The position numbers were made by a program, and so were the translations under genes. This document shows positions 20,678-30,061 of a stretch of DNA of 64,000 bases, piece by piece. The notes under the pieces are model-generated. The model did not search any database. It worked only from the letters and a program-made list of their open reading frames with translations, and was not told where the DNA came from. The stretch lies in contig JACOYB010000006.1 of assembly GCA_016182085.1 (NCBI GenBank), positions 2,015 to 66,014 of the forward strand, written 5' to 3'. The first letter of the stretch is position 1; the number at the start of each line of letters is the position of its first letter. The DNA is from Candidatus Magasanikiibacteriota bacterium (GTDB lineage: Bacteria; Patescibacteriota; Patescibacteriia; Magasanikbacterales; GWA2-37-8).

Positions 20678-21013
20678 ATGCAAGTGCAAAAAGAAACAAA
20701 AAAAGATTGTTATGGTTTAAGGATTGCCGCCACCGAGGAAGGCCGCGAGATTGGGCGGATTTGGTTGTACATTATATATAATGATCTTCATAAAGAACCG
20801 TATGGACTCTTGGAAGATATTTTTGTAAGTGAAAGTCAGCGGGGCAAGGGCATTGGTACAACCCTGGTCAAAGAGGCTATCGCCGAAGCAAACCGTATCG
20901 GTTGTTATAAACTGGTAGCCACCACCCGAAGCAGCCGCGGCGTAGTCTGCAGCTGGTATGAAAGTTTGGGCTTTAAAAATTACGGCGCGGAATTTAGGAT
21001 GGATTTAATTTAA
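20678..21013 (+). CDS. GNAT-family N-acetyltransferase
   Basis: QRGKGIGTTLV acetyl-CoA binding motif A. Confidence 0.65.
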   Translation: MQVQKETKKDCYGLRIAATEEGREIGRIWLYIIYNDLHKEPYGLLEDIFVSESQRGKGIGTTLVKEAIAEANRIGCYKLVATTRSSRGVVCSWYESLGFKNYGAEFRMDLI

Positions 21014-21021
21014 ATACCAAT

Positions 21022-21909
21022 ATGTCAGTATATAACATTTTAACTACTCCGGCTGGAAAAGATTATGAACTCCTCGACAGTGGCGAAGGAGAAAAATTGG
21101 AACGTTACGGAGATGTGGTGATAGCCCGGCCGGATCCACAGGCTTTGTGGAATAAAAATTTATCCGAATCAGAATGGCAAAAAGGGGATGCCTACTTTAA
21201 ACGCGCCAGCTTTGACGCTAATTGGAGTGTGCGCAATGATTTACCGGAACGTTGGCCCGTAGAACTGGGAGGTCTTAAATTTTGGATTAAACTGTCGGCC
21301 TTTAAACATACCGGCGTATTTCCAGAGCAAGTTGGTAATTGGGATTGGATTAGAGAAAAAATTACTAAAGCTAAGCGAGCGGAGCCTGTTAAAATGTTAA
21401 ACTTGTTTGGCTATACCGGTGGTGCCACGCTGGCAGCGGCTCAAGCCGGGGCCGAGGTAGTGCATGTAGATGGTTCCAAAGTAGCGATTGGTTGGGCTAG
21501 AGATAATGCGGAGTTATCGGGCCTTGCCGAAAAGCCAGTGCGATGGATACTAGATGATGCCCAAAAATTTGTAACCAGAGAGATTAAACGCGGCAAGAAA
21601 TATGATGGTATTATTATGGATCCGCCGGCCTTTGGTCATGGTGCCGAAGGTGAAGTCTGGAAAATCGAACTAGATTTATTGCCACTACTAGAATCTTGCA
21701 AGCAAATACTTACCGATAAGCCTTTGTTTTTTATTATTAATGGCTATGCCTCTGGTTATTCGGCTGTAGCTTATCAAAATAGCCTTGGAGATTTAATGAA
21801 ACAATTTGGTGGCCAGATAGAAATCGGGGAATTAACTATAGCTGAATCAAAAAGCCAAAGACTCTTGCCGGCCGGTATTTTTGCCCGCTGGTCAGCAAAT
21901 CCCCTCTAA
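21022..21909 (+). CDS. Class I SAM-dependent methyltransferase (RlmI/YccW-like)
   Basis: LNLFGYTGGATLAAA and IIMDPPAFG motifs. Confidence 0.7.
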   Translation: MSVYNILTTPAGKDYELLDSGEGEKLERYGDVVIARPDPQALWNKNLSESEWQKGDAYFKRASFDANWSVRNDLPERWPVELGGLKFWIKLSAFKHTGVFPEQVGNWDWIREKITKAKRAEPVKMLNLFGYTGGATLAAAQAGAEVVHVDGSKVAIGWARDNAELSGLAEKPVRWILDDAQKFVTREIKRGKKYDGIIMDPPAFGHGAEGEVWKIELDLLPLLESCKQILTDKPLFFIINGYASGYSAVAYQNSLGDLMKQFGGQIEIGELTIAESKSQRLLPAGIFARWSANPL

Positions 21910-21941
21910 AAAGAGGGGAATACAAACGCTATAATGAAGTT

Positions 21942-22607
21942 ATGATAAAAATTTTATACGAAGACAATCACCTGATAGCTGTATACAAACCGGCCGGAGT
22001 TTTGGTGCAAGGCGACAAGAGTGGTGATAAGTGTTTGATGGACGAAGTCAAAGAATATTTAAAAGATAAATATAATAAACCAGGAAATGTTTTTCTCGGT
22101 TTAGTTCACCGGTTGGATAGAAATGTGCAAGGAATAGTTCTGTTTGCTAAAACTAGCAAAGGCGCCAGCCGTTTGTCGGAACAGTGGCGAGAACATACTG
22201 TAGAAAAAATTTACCATGCAGTAGTGGTCGGCGTTCCACCGATGGAAAAAGATAGATTAGTTCATTGGCTCATAAAAGATGAAAATAAGAACAAGACTAC
22301 TGTTTATGATCACCAGATTACGGGCAGCCAGCCGGCAGAATTATTTTATGAAGTTATCAAGTCAAATAAAAAATATTCTTTGTTAAAAATTAAGCTTGGT
22401 ACGGGTCGGTCACATCAGATTAGATCTCAGCTGGCCTTTATTGGCAGCCCTATTATGGGGGATGTTAAGTATGGCAACGCGGAAGTTTTGCCAGGCCAGG
22501 CTATTGCGCTAGCTGCGACTTCTCTTGGTTTTAATTTGGCTACTGGCGCAGAGAGAAAAATTATAGAAGTTTCTACGCCAAAAGAATGGGCAAAATATTA
22601 TGTCTGA
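21942..22607 (+). CDS. RluA-family pseudouridine synthase
   Basis: HRLDRNVQG catalytic Asp motif. HQIRSQLAFIGSPIMGD. Confidence 0.85.
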   Translation: MIKILYEDNHLIAVYKPAGVLVQGDKSGDKCLMDEVKEYLKDKYNKPGNVFLGLVHRLDRNVQGIVLFAKTSKGASRLSEQWREHTVEKIYHAVVVGVPPMEKDRLVHWLIKDENKNKTTVYDHQITGSQPAELFYEVIKSNKKYSLLKIKLGTGRSHQIRSQLAFIGSPIMGDVKYGNAEVLPGQAIALAATSLGFNLATGAERKIIEVSTPKEWAKYYV

Positions 22608-23862
22608 AAAAATTCTTGATTTGCATATCCACTCTCGCTATTCGCGCGCTTGTTCACGTGATTTAGAATTGCCAAAAATTGCTCTGGCTTGCGAGCGGAA
22701 GGGTATAGATATTGTAGTTACCGGCGACTTTACTCATCCGGCTTGGGTGCAACATATTAAAGAAAATTTGGCAGAAGAAAGACAAGGGGTATACAAATTA
22801 AAAGATAATAGTAGTGTTACCCGGTTTATTCTAGGCACGGAGATTTCTTGTATTTACAAGCACAAAGATGCCACCCGCCGCGTGCACTTGTTGATTTTGG
22901 CGCCGTCTATAGAATCCGTAGAAAAATTTAACGCTGTTTTGGAAGAAAAAGGGGTAAATATCCGTTCGGACGGACGGCCAATTATGGGTCTTTCAGCCAA
23001 GGATGTGCTGCGGATAATGTTGGATATCGACCCCCGTTTTATGATGATTCCGGCCCATGCCTGGACACCCTGGTTTGCCATATTTGGCTCCAAATCCGGG
23101 TATGACCTAATAGAGGATTGTTTTGAAGAGTTAACACCGCATATTACCGCCATAGAGACCGGCCTTTCCAGCGATCCGGTTATGAACCATCGCTTGTCGG
23201 CGCTAGACAAAATTACGCTTGTTTCCAATTCAGACGCGCATAGTTTGAATAATTTGGGCCGTGAAGCCAATGTATTTAATCTTGGCAATGATTTTACTTA
23301 TGATGAAATTATAAAAGTAATAAAAACCGGCGATAGGAAAAAATTTTTGTATACAGTTGAATTTTATCCCGAAGAAGGCAAATATCATCATGATGGCCAT
23401 GCGTCTTGCGGTGTGTGTCTTACGCCCCAAGAAACTAAGGCAAAAAAATTTTTATGTCCAAAATGTAAAAAACAAGTAACGGTCGGTGTTTTGCACCGTG
23501 TGGAAGATTTGGCCGACAGATCCGAAGACCAAATCATCAAAGAAAATTTTATTCCGCACAGATATATCGTGCCGCTTAAAGAAATTATTGCAAAGGTACT
23601 GGCTGTAGGCGTATCTAGCAAGAAAGTGATCGCAGAATACGAAATGATGATTAAAAAATTAGGCAGTGAATTTAGAATTTTACTTTACTGCGGCATAGAA
23701 GAAATTGAAAAACAAGTTTCTCATAAAGATATCGCTTTGGCTATAGCCAACATGCGCGCCGGCAAGGTAAAAGTAAGGCCCGGGTATGACGGTATTTTTG
23801 GCTCAGTAGAGGTAATTCCGCCCAAAACAAAGCCAGGCGACAAACAAAGTAGATTATTGTAA
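22600..23862 (+). CDS. PHP-domain metal-dependent phosphoesterase with C-terminal zinc ribbon
   Basis: LDLHIHSRYSRACS PHP motif I. CGVC...CPKCKK zinc ribbon. Confidence 0.6.
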   Translation: MSEKILDLHIHSRYSRACSRDLELPKIALACERKGIDIVVTGDFTHPAWVQHIKENLAEERQGVYKLKDNSSVTRFILGTEISCIYKHKDATRRVHLLILAPSIESVEKFNAVLEEKGVNIRSDGRPIMGLSAKDVLRIMLDIDPRFMMIPAHAWTPWFAIFGSKSGYDLIEDCFEELTPHITAIETGLSSDPVMNHRLSALDKITLVSNSDAHSLNNLGREANVFNLGNDFTYDEIIKVIKTGDRKKFLYTVEFYPEEGKYHHDGHASCGVCLTPQETKAKKFLCPKCKKQVTVGVLHRVEDLADRSEDQIIKENFIPHRYIVPLKEIIAKVLAVGVSSKKVIAEYEMMIKKLGSEFRILLYCGIEEIEKQVSHKDIALAIANMRAGKVKVRPGYDGIFGSVEVIPPKTKPGDKQSRLL

Positions 23863-23957
23863 GAAAAAAATATTAAGCGCTGGGCTTCAGCGGACGTTGC
23901 CCGGCATGGTTCCGTTGAATTAAAAATCTCTCCTTGCGGAGAGATTTTTATGAAGAT

Positions 23958-24020
23958 TTATCTAGCTTTCTTCTTAGCGGTTTTCTTTTTAGCTTTCTTA
24001 GCTTTCTTTTTTGCTGCCAT
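23958..24020 (-). CDS. Mini-ORF encoding a 20-aa Lys/Ala-rich basic peptide MAAKKKAKKAKKKTAKKKAR
   Basis: Near-ideal SD GGAGGTG 7 nt before ATG. Followed on its strand by a shared hairpin terminator (23925-23950). Confidence 0.4.
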   Translation of the reverse strand: MAAKKKAKKAKKKTAKKKAR

Positions 24021-24857
24021 ATGTGGGCACCTCCTCTCTTATTTCCGATAATTCATGCCGCAAACGCAGCTGTATCATCGGAATTAAATTTTTATTTAAG
24101 TTTTTTCTACTCGCGAGGAAAGAAAAAACTTAATGAAGAAACTTTTACAAGACAAGCATTGCTGTAAAAATTTTTCTCGACATATTTATTATAAAGTGTT
24201 TTTTTTAAATTGTGAATAGTAAAAGCAAAAGTTATGCACAGGGCAGTCAATATTAAATTTTAATTTAAAAATTAATTTCAACACACTAACCGCGAAAATT
24301 TTAGGAAAGATTAGTTAGAAGAAAAAATAATTAAACATAATTTTTTATAAACCAAAAACTCCAAATATTTATAATCAAAAATTTTGTGAGGGTGCTTAGT
24401 TTAAATGAAAATATTTATAAAACAAAAATATCCCGATTTGCTCCGGATATCTTTGTTGACAAGGCTCGGTGTGAGTGGCCATTCAACAAGTCGAGCCTTA
24501 GCCCTGTTGAATGGTTGTCCGGAATTGGACGCGATCAAGAAGAGGTTTTAACCAAGTGCCAGATCCGTCTGGTGACGGGTAAGGCAATAGCCCCGGTTAC
24601 AAGACCGAATCCCTGATCGCAACGGCCGCCTTCCAAACGGCCATAGTGATGGCTGCCGCCATCAGCAAGAGCAACTTCCCCCGTAGCTTGCTTCTTGACA
24701 TGAAATAGTCCCCCCATGGACTAATTAAAATAGTATGCCTGTTTTAAGTAGTCGTCAACTTTATTTTTATAAGCAAAAGTGGATAAATTCTAGATAAAGT
24801 AGATTCTTCCAGCAACCAAATTTAAAAAGACTCACACTCGTGAGTCTTTTTAAATTG

Positions 24858-24929
24858 TGCCCCCAGAGAGAATCGAACTCCCATCTTCAGGTTCGAAGCC
24901 TGACATTCTATCCATTAAACTATAGGGGC
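24858..24929 (-). tRNA. tRNA-Arg(TCG)
   Basis: Acceptor GCCCCTA/TGGGGGC, anticodon stem TCAGG/CCTGA, loop CTTCGAA, T-arm GGGAG/TTCGATT/CTCTC. Confidence 0.8.
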
Positions 24930-24930
24930 A

Positions 24931-24957
24931 AAAAACCAGCCGTTACGGCTGGTTTTT
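24931..24957. terminator. Hairpin between the two tRNAs
   Basis: aaaaaccagccgttacggctggttttt perfect palindrome with A/T runs. Confidence 0.6.
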
Positions 24958-24958
24958 G

Positions 24959-25031
24959 TGGGTCGCGTGGGGATCGAACCCACGACCTTATCCTTAAGAG
25001 GGATCTGCTCTACCAGCTGAGCTAGCGACCC
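24959..25031 (-). tRNA. tRNA-Lys(CTT)
   Basis: Acceptor GGGTCGC/GCGACCC, D-arm GCTC/AGCTGGTA/GAGC, loop CTCTTAA, T-arm GTGGG/TTCGATC/CCCAC. Confidence 0.8.
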
Positions 25032-25051
25032 GTTGAGTTAAAATTTTGATT

Positions 25052-25813
25052 TTACGGGCTTAACTTTATTATATTTATCTTTGGTCCTTTCCAGCCCTTT
25101 ATCTTTAAAGCCGCTTCGGCTGCTTCAGTTTGGCCTTCTTGCTTACTTGTGCCTTCGCCCGTGGCTATCAAATCTTTGCCCAAGTATACACCGATCTTAA
25201 ATGATTTGATATGATCCGGACCTTCTTCATGCAATACTTTGTAGGTTGGGGTAGCGCCTTCAATTTCTTGGGCCGATTCCTGAAAGCGGCTTTTGGCATC
25301 CAAGTATAATCCATTTTCCAAAATATACGGCAATTTTGGCAAGATCCAGCGGGCAATAAATTGTTGAGCTATTTCGTAACCGCTATCCAGATATATGGAA
25401 CCGATTAATGCCTCTATGGCATTGGCCATAATATAATCCCGGGCTTTGGTGCCCGCGTCTTTGGCTTCGCCGTGGCTTAGGAATAAGTATTCTTCCATGC
25501 CAATTTCATAGGCAATACTCGCTAAGATTTTGGCATTTACAAGCGCGGCGCGCCAATTGGTAAGTTCTCCTTCAGGGTTGCCATATTCTTTATATAAAAA
25601 TTCCGTAACAATTAATTCCAACACCGCGTCTCCCAAAAATTCCAATCGTTCATTATGTCCCAGTACAAAATCATGATGTTCATTTAAATATGATCTATGC
25701 ACAAAAGCCTGCACCAGATAGTCAGGGTTATTAAAGATTATACCTAATTTTTTTTGTAAACCCGGGAAGTCCTTTTCTTTAATTTCTGCCAGGTTAAAAA
25801 TATTTGTTGACAT
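25052..25813 (-). CDS. rnc: Ribonuclease III
   Basis: HRSY...ERLEFLGDAVLEL RNase III signature and C-terminal dsRBD. Start at MSTNIF (the ORF-track start at 25888 would overlap nusB). Confidence 0.88.
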   Translation of the reverse strand: MSTNIFNLAEIKEKDFPGLQKKLGIIFNNPDYLVQAFVHRSYLNEHHDFVLGHNERLEFLGDAVLELIVTEFLYKEYGNPEGELTNWRAALVNAKILASIAYEIGMEEYLFLSHGEAKDAGTKARDYIMANAIEALIGSIYLDSGYEIAQQFIARWILPKLPYILENGLYLDAKSRFQESAQEIEGATPTYKVLHEEGPDHIKSFKIGVYLGKDLIATGEGTSKQEGQTEAAEAALKIKGWKGPKINIIKLSP

Positions 25814-25820
25814 ATTCTTT

Positions 25821-26273
25821 TTAGGAGGCCTTGGCTTCGTTTGTTGATTTGGTCTCCAAATCTTTGTATATGGCGCCAAGCACGCCATTTACAAATCTGC
25901 CCGAAGAAGGGCCGCCAAAGTTTTTAGCAAGTTCAATGGCTTCGTTTATGGCGACTTTTGGAGGCACTTCGTTATTAAGTTTAAGCTCGTAAATGCCAAT
26001 GCGAAGTACATTACGATCGATAATCGTTATTTGGTCTATGGGCCACTGCGGCGCGTATTTTTCAATAATCGCGTCTATTTCTTCCAGGTTTTTTTTCACT
26101 TCCTCAATGATTTTTTTGGCAAATTCAGTTTCCGCGAGTCCTGGGCCGAATTCTTTCAGGTCGCGTTCCATGATATCTGGCAACGCATTATGCTCTGGTT
26201 TTCCCCTAAAATCCCACTCAAATAGAGCTTGCATGGCGATGCTTCTGGCTAAGTGGCGATTAGACATAACCAA
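25821..26273 (-). CDS. nusB: Transcription antitermination factor NusB
   Basis: [12 protein letters not shown] ... [12 protein letters not shown] ... FVNGVLG motifs. Confidence 0.85.
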   Translation of the reverse strand: MVMSNRHLARSIAMQALFEWDFRGKPEHNALPDIMERDLKEFGPGLAETEFAKKIIEEVKKNLEEIDAIIEKYAPQWPIDQITIIDRNVLRIGIYELKLNNEVPPKVAINEAIELAKNFGGPSSGRFVNGVLGAIYKDLETKSTNEAKAS

Positions 26274-26368
26274 ATGTTTTAATGATAAAATGTTACAGGT
26301 GAATAAGCCCAGTAGCTTAAAGTGAAGCGGTTTATCAATTTTATCAAGCGTAACGATTTATCAGACGA

Positions 26369-26584
26369 TTATTTAGCCTTGGTCTTTCTGCCGGAGCGAT
26401 TAGTTCTCTTGTCAACGTTAACTACGGATCTGCCTTTGTAATAACCGCAAAAAGCGCAAGCGCGGTGCGGGCGAAGTGGTTTTTTGCATTTAGGACAAGC
26501 GTTAAAAGCAGTTTCGGCGAGCGCAAAGTGCGCGGCGCGGCGGCGTTTGTGAGAAGACGTTCGTCTATGACCGGGTAAACCCAT
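26369..26584 (-). CDS. rpmF: 50S ribosomal protein L32
   Basis: HKRRRAAHFAL ... CPKC...HRACAFCGYYKGR zinc-ribbon bL32 pattern. Confidence 0.8.
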   Translation of the reverse strand: MGLPGHRRTSSHKRRRAAHFALAETAFNACPKCKKPLRPHRACAFCGYYKGRSVVNVDKRTNRSGRKTKAK

Positions 26585-26771
26585 ATTTTCTAAGATTGAG
26601 CCAAATGAAAAAAAATGTTGTTTTTTTCATTTGCGAAGCCTAGCGGAAATTCAAGCCTCTTTGCTTCTGCGGTTGTGTAGTTATGTAAGTAATGAATACT
26701 CCATACAATACACTAAAATCATAATTTTGGCAAGGGATAGGCTAACATAGGGCAAAAAATGGCATTTTGCT

Positions 26772-26800
26772 TTGACAAAATGGCTAAAAAATGGTATACT
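26772..26800 (+). promoter_or_regulatory. Consensus sigma70 promoter for ORF 26835
   Basis: TTGACA-17-TATACT with TG extended -10. Confidence 0.6.
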
Positions 26801-26834
26801 ATACAAGTAAAATCTAATTTTTTAAGATAACCCT

Positions 26835-27830
26835 ATGATCGAGGGAGGATTTAACCCTGAGGCAGAGCGTTCAAGTAAAAAACCTCGGAAAAAAACCGAA
26901 GCCCCCGGCTCTACTCCTTTAGTTGACCTGACCAAACCGGATGCTTTGGACGATCTCACTGTAAGAAGAAAACGAACTCCAGAAGAACAGCAAAAGCTAA
27001 CAGAACAGATGGTGGTAGAGGATTTGCGTTTTCAAAAAAAACATCCGGAGGTTTTTGCTAAAGGGACTGAAGATTCCACCAGACCAACGCGTGTTGCCAA
27101 GGGTACAGGGAATACGAACATTAATGAGGCAAACTTAAGGGGGAATGACTATAATGAAGAAGATGAATCCTGGGACGATATAACGCAGGTAGATATTAAG
27201 CCGCTCGGACTTTCTACCAATGATGTGTTTGACAAAGAGCAGGATGTAATCCATCTGGCGGATGAAGATTTAGAAGAAATTTCCACCAGAGAAGATTTGG
27301 TAAATTTACCTCAAAAAGAATATAAAAAACTTTCCGCCCAAGAACTCAAGAAAATTCGTGAAAATAAAACCGTAGAGCTTAATGATTCTGATATAGAAGA
27401 AATTAGCGCGGATGATGTCGCGCAGCTAAATGAACATAATTTAAATAAACTTTCTAAAAAAGAAGTTCAGGCTATTGCGGCTAAAGACCTGCAAAATATT
27501 CGTGCAAAAATTTCAAAAAGTCCTGAAAAAGCGCCGGCGCCGACCTTTGAAGCTTCAACAAATCAGCGAGAAGATGCTTTAGAACTCGCGCAGTTACAAT
27601 ATGTCCAGGCATATAGAAAATATAATCCTAAACTTAAATCAAAAGAAGATGGAGAAATTTTGGAAATGAAGCCGCCAACATTAGCTTTTACAATTTTTAA
27701 CCGTGACAAAGTAAGAAAATTAGAGCGTTTATATCTAAATGTAAAGCAGGCCGAAAACAATATGGTTCAAGAGGAAAAAGCTGCGGCGGGGGTGGAAAGT
27801 TTTAGAAGGAGCGCTCGCCTTAAAAAATAA
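26835..27830 (+). CDS. Hypothetical highly charged (Glu/Lys/Asp-rich) low-complexity protein
   Basis: 331 aa with no hydrophobic core. First of three tandem genes of this kind. Confidence 0.5.
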   Translation: MIEGGFNPEAERSSKKPRKKTEAPGSTPLVDLTKPDALDDLTVRRKRTPEEQQKLTEQMVVEDLRFQKKHPEVFAKGTEDSTRPTRVAKGTGNTNINEANLRGNDYNEEDESWDDITQVDIKPLGLSTNDVFDKEQDVIHLADEDLEEISTREDLVNLPQKEYKKLSAQELKKIRENKTVELNDSDIEEISADDVAQLNEHNLNKLSKKEVQAIAAKDLQNIRAKISKSPEKAPAPTFEASTNQREDALELAQLQYVQAYRKYNPKLKSKEDGEILEMKPPTLAFTIFNRDKVRKLERLYLNVKQAENNMVQEEKAAAGVESFRRSARLKK

Positions 27831-27860
27831 TATTTATTTAAAGTTTTTTAATCAAAATAT

Positions 27861-28436
27861 ATGCGCGGCGAAACATTTAGACCTCCAGAGCTAAGTGAAA
27901 AAGAAAAATTAAAAAAAGTACAGGATGAGTTAAACAGAGGAGAGAGCGTGGCTTTTAGAGAAAAAAAGGAAGAAGATTTTGATTTTGCTAACGGCACAGA
28001 CCCGGGTTTGTCAGAAGAAAAAACAGGTGTTTTTACAAAACCTGCTCTTAAGGCTGATCAGCCGGATATTTCCGGTATTTTGGAAGGTTTGGATAAAGCC
28101 GCGGAAATGAGCGTGGCAGAAAAAGCCGAAGAAAAGGAATGGAATCAGGCAATCAAAGCCGCAAAAGATAAAATAGCCGCGGAAGAAACAGGTTTGAGAG
28201 GAAAAATTAAAAATACCTTAAAAGCAGATGAAGAAGCAAGAAAAGCGGCCGAAGAGCAAAGATGGTTGGATAAAGAAGAAGCCGCAAAGAGAAAATTATC
28301 AATGGAAGCCCACAGCCAAGCGCAATCAGAAGAAGCGGAGTGGAATGCCGCGATTGCCAAAGCAAAAAAGAGGGATGAAAATCAATCAGCTATCGGGCGT
28401 TTAATGAAACGTTTAGGTTTTGGTAAAAATAAATAA
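27861..28436 (+). CDS. Hypothetical Glu/Lys/Ala-rich coiled-coil protein
   Basis: AEEQRWLDKEEAAKRK-type heptad-like charged repeats. Confidence 0.5.
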   Translation: MRGETFRPPELSEKEKLKKVQDELNRGESVAFREKKEEDFDFANGTDPGLSEEKTGVFTKPALKADQPDISGILEGLDKAAEMSVAEKAEEKEWNQAIKAAKDKIAAEETGLRGKIKNTLKADEEARKAAEEQRWLDKEEAAKRKLSMEAHSQAQSEEAEWNAAIAKAKKRDENQSAIGRLMKRLGFGKNK

Positions 28437-30009
28437 AAAACGCAATATGATAGAAGGATCCTCTTTAAGGTCAGAAGGGAAAAAATTCTCGTCTTCACCA
28501 GAATTTACGAGTGCTTTTGATTCTCTCGTAAAAGCCAAGCAGGAACAAACAAAAAAAGCCCAAATAGAAAAAAGCAAGTCGCCCGAAGTTGTCGCAAAAA
28601 GAAAATCTGTTTTACAAAGAGTTGACGAGCGTACTGAAAAAATTTTAGAAAAAAGAAAAAAGGTGGCCGAAGCCAGGGCTGCGATTTTAAACGCCGGTCC
28701 TTTAAAATATAAAACCGGAGAAGATATTGCCAAAGGTTTGGCAGAAGCAGGCGCAACCATAGAAAAACAGAAATCAGATCGCGGACGGGCCGAAGCTTCT
28801 CGGAAAAGAATGATAGAAAGATTTGAAAAAAGAACGGATAAATTATCCGAAGTACGCGCTTCGGGGGAAATTGAAGATACCCCGGATATTCATCGGCCAA
28901 TTCCCGAACTAAGCGCGGACTCATTAGCGGAGTTAGATGTTATACGCAATATGGGCAAGCCGGGAGAGCAGTTAACAGAAAAACAGCAGCAGGCCGGTTC
29001 CAGAGTGCCTGAAAATTACATCCCGCAGATTAGTGATAAAAAAGTAAAAAACTTCACGCAATATTTAGATATTAAGGAGCAGGAAGAAAAAATGCAATCA
29101 CGCCATGTAGGCGGCTCCAAACAAACCGCCGGTATTTCTTCGGTTGTGGAAATTGATCCTGCATATCAAAAAGAAATTGAGATGACAGAAGAGCCGGAGA
29201 TTACCATTTCTTATGAAGATACGGAGGATTTGCTGGCAGAACGGAGACATACGGTAAATGAGCAGATGGCAGAAGAGGCTCAAAAAGCTTATGTTGAGGC
29301 GTATAGAAAATATGATCAAGGTTTTACAAAAGGTAAACCGGACGATTTGGTTGCGCTTACCAAACCGTCGATATTTGCTTTTGGCGCGCAAGGAAAAAAT
29401 TTGAAGAAATTATATAAAGAAATGGAAAAATTAAGAACAATTGCCGCTCGCACGTCCGAAGATAATAAAATTGCTGGCAATTTAATTTCCAGTGAAGTTA
29501 AAAATACATTTAAAGGCCAAGTTAGCCCCGAGCTTTCCGCGGCATCCAAAGCTTCAAGCCAAGATGCCGAAGAAAAAGAGTGGTTTCTTGATCCTAAACA
29601 GGTCAAAGCTAATGCCGAAATTGATAGTTTTACAGAAGAACGTAAATTTATTCTTCCTTCATTACAAGAAATAAAGAAGGCTGCTGCAACAGTAAAGCCA
29701 GGATTTAAATCTCCTTTAGTAGAAAAATTTAAAGTTGCGGGAACTGCCCAAGAAGGCATTGATACGGTAATGAAAGAAAAAGCTTTGCAAATCGAACGGA
29801 GGTTAAGAGAGATTGAAAAGTATTTTATAGATAAAAAAATGGCAGAAAGGGAGGATGTCCGGGAATTTTTATTAGGCTCCGAAATAACAGGCTGGTTTAA
29901 GGGAAAAGAGAAACAGATGCAAAAGGATTATAGAACTCTCTATTACGACCCCGCTTTAACTGCTAAAGAGACTAATCGGTATCAAAATTCTAAATTAAAA
30001 AGGCCTTAA
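28420..30009 (+). CDS. Hypothetical Lys/Glu-rich coiled-coil protein
   Basis: 529 aa, charged low complexity. Hairpin terminator 30001-30030. Confidence 0.5.
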   Translation: MVKINKKRNMIEGSSLRSEGKKFSSSPEFTSAFDSLVKAKQEQTKKAQIEKSKSPEVVAKRKSVLQRVDERTEKILEKRKKVAEARAAILNAGPLKYKTGEDIAKGLAEAGATIEKQKSDRGRAEASRKRMIERFEKRTDKLSEVRASGEIEDTPDIHRPIPELSADSLAELDVIRNMGKPGEQLTEKQQQAGSRVPENYIPQISDKKVKNFTQYLDIKEQEEKMQSRHVGGSKQTAGISSVVEIDPAYQKEIEMTEEPEITISYEDTEDLLAERRHTVNEQMAEEAQKAYVEAYRKYDQGFTKGKPDDLVALTKPSIFAFGAQGKNLKKLYKEMEKLRTIAARTSEDNKIAGNLISSEVKNTFKGQVSPELSAASKASSQDAEEKEWFLDPKQVKANAEIDSFTEERKFILPSLQEIKKAAATVKPGFKSPLVEKFKVAGTAQEGIDTVMKEKALQIERRLREIEKYFIDKKMAEREDVREFLLGSEITGWFKGKEKQMQKDYRTLYYDPALTAKETNRYQNSKLKRP

Positions 30010-30061
30010 AAATAGGGCCTTTTTGTTTGATTTTTCCATTTAGATTGGATAAGATAGGGCA

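Noticed and set aside
24170-24440. Replication origin in the 270-bp AT-rich intergenic region
   Set aside because: Only degenerate DnaA-box-like 9-mers (ttatgcaca, tgtgaatag). There is no dnaA or dnaN nearby, so support is insufficient.
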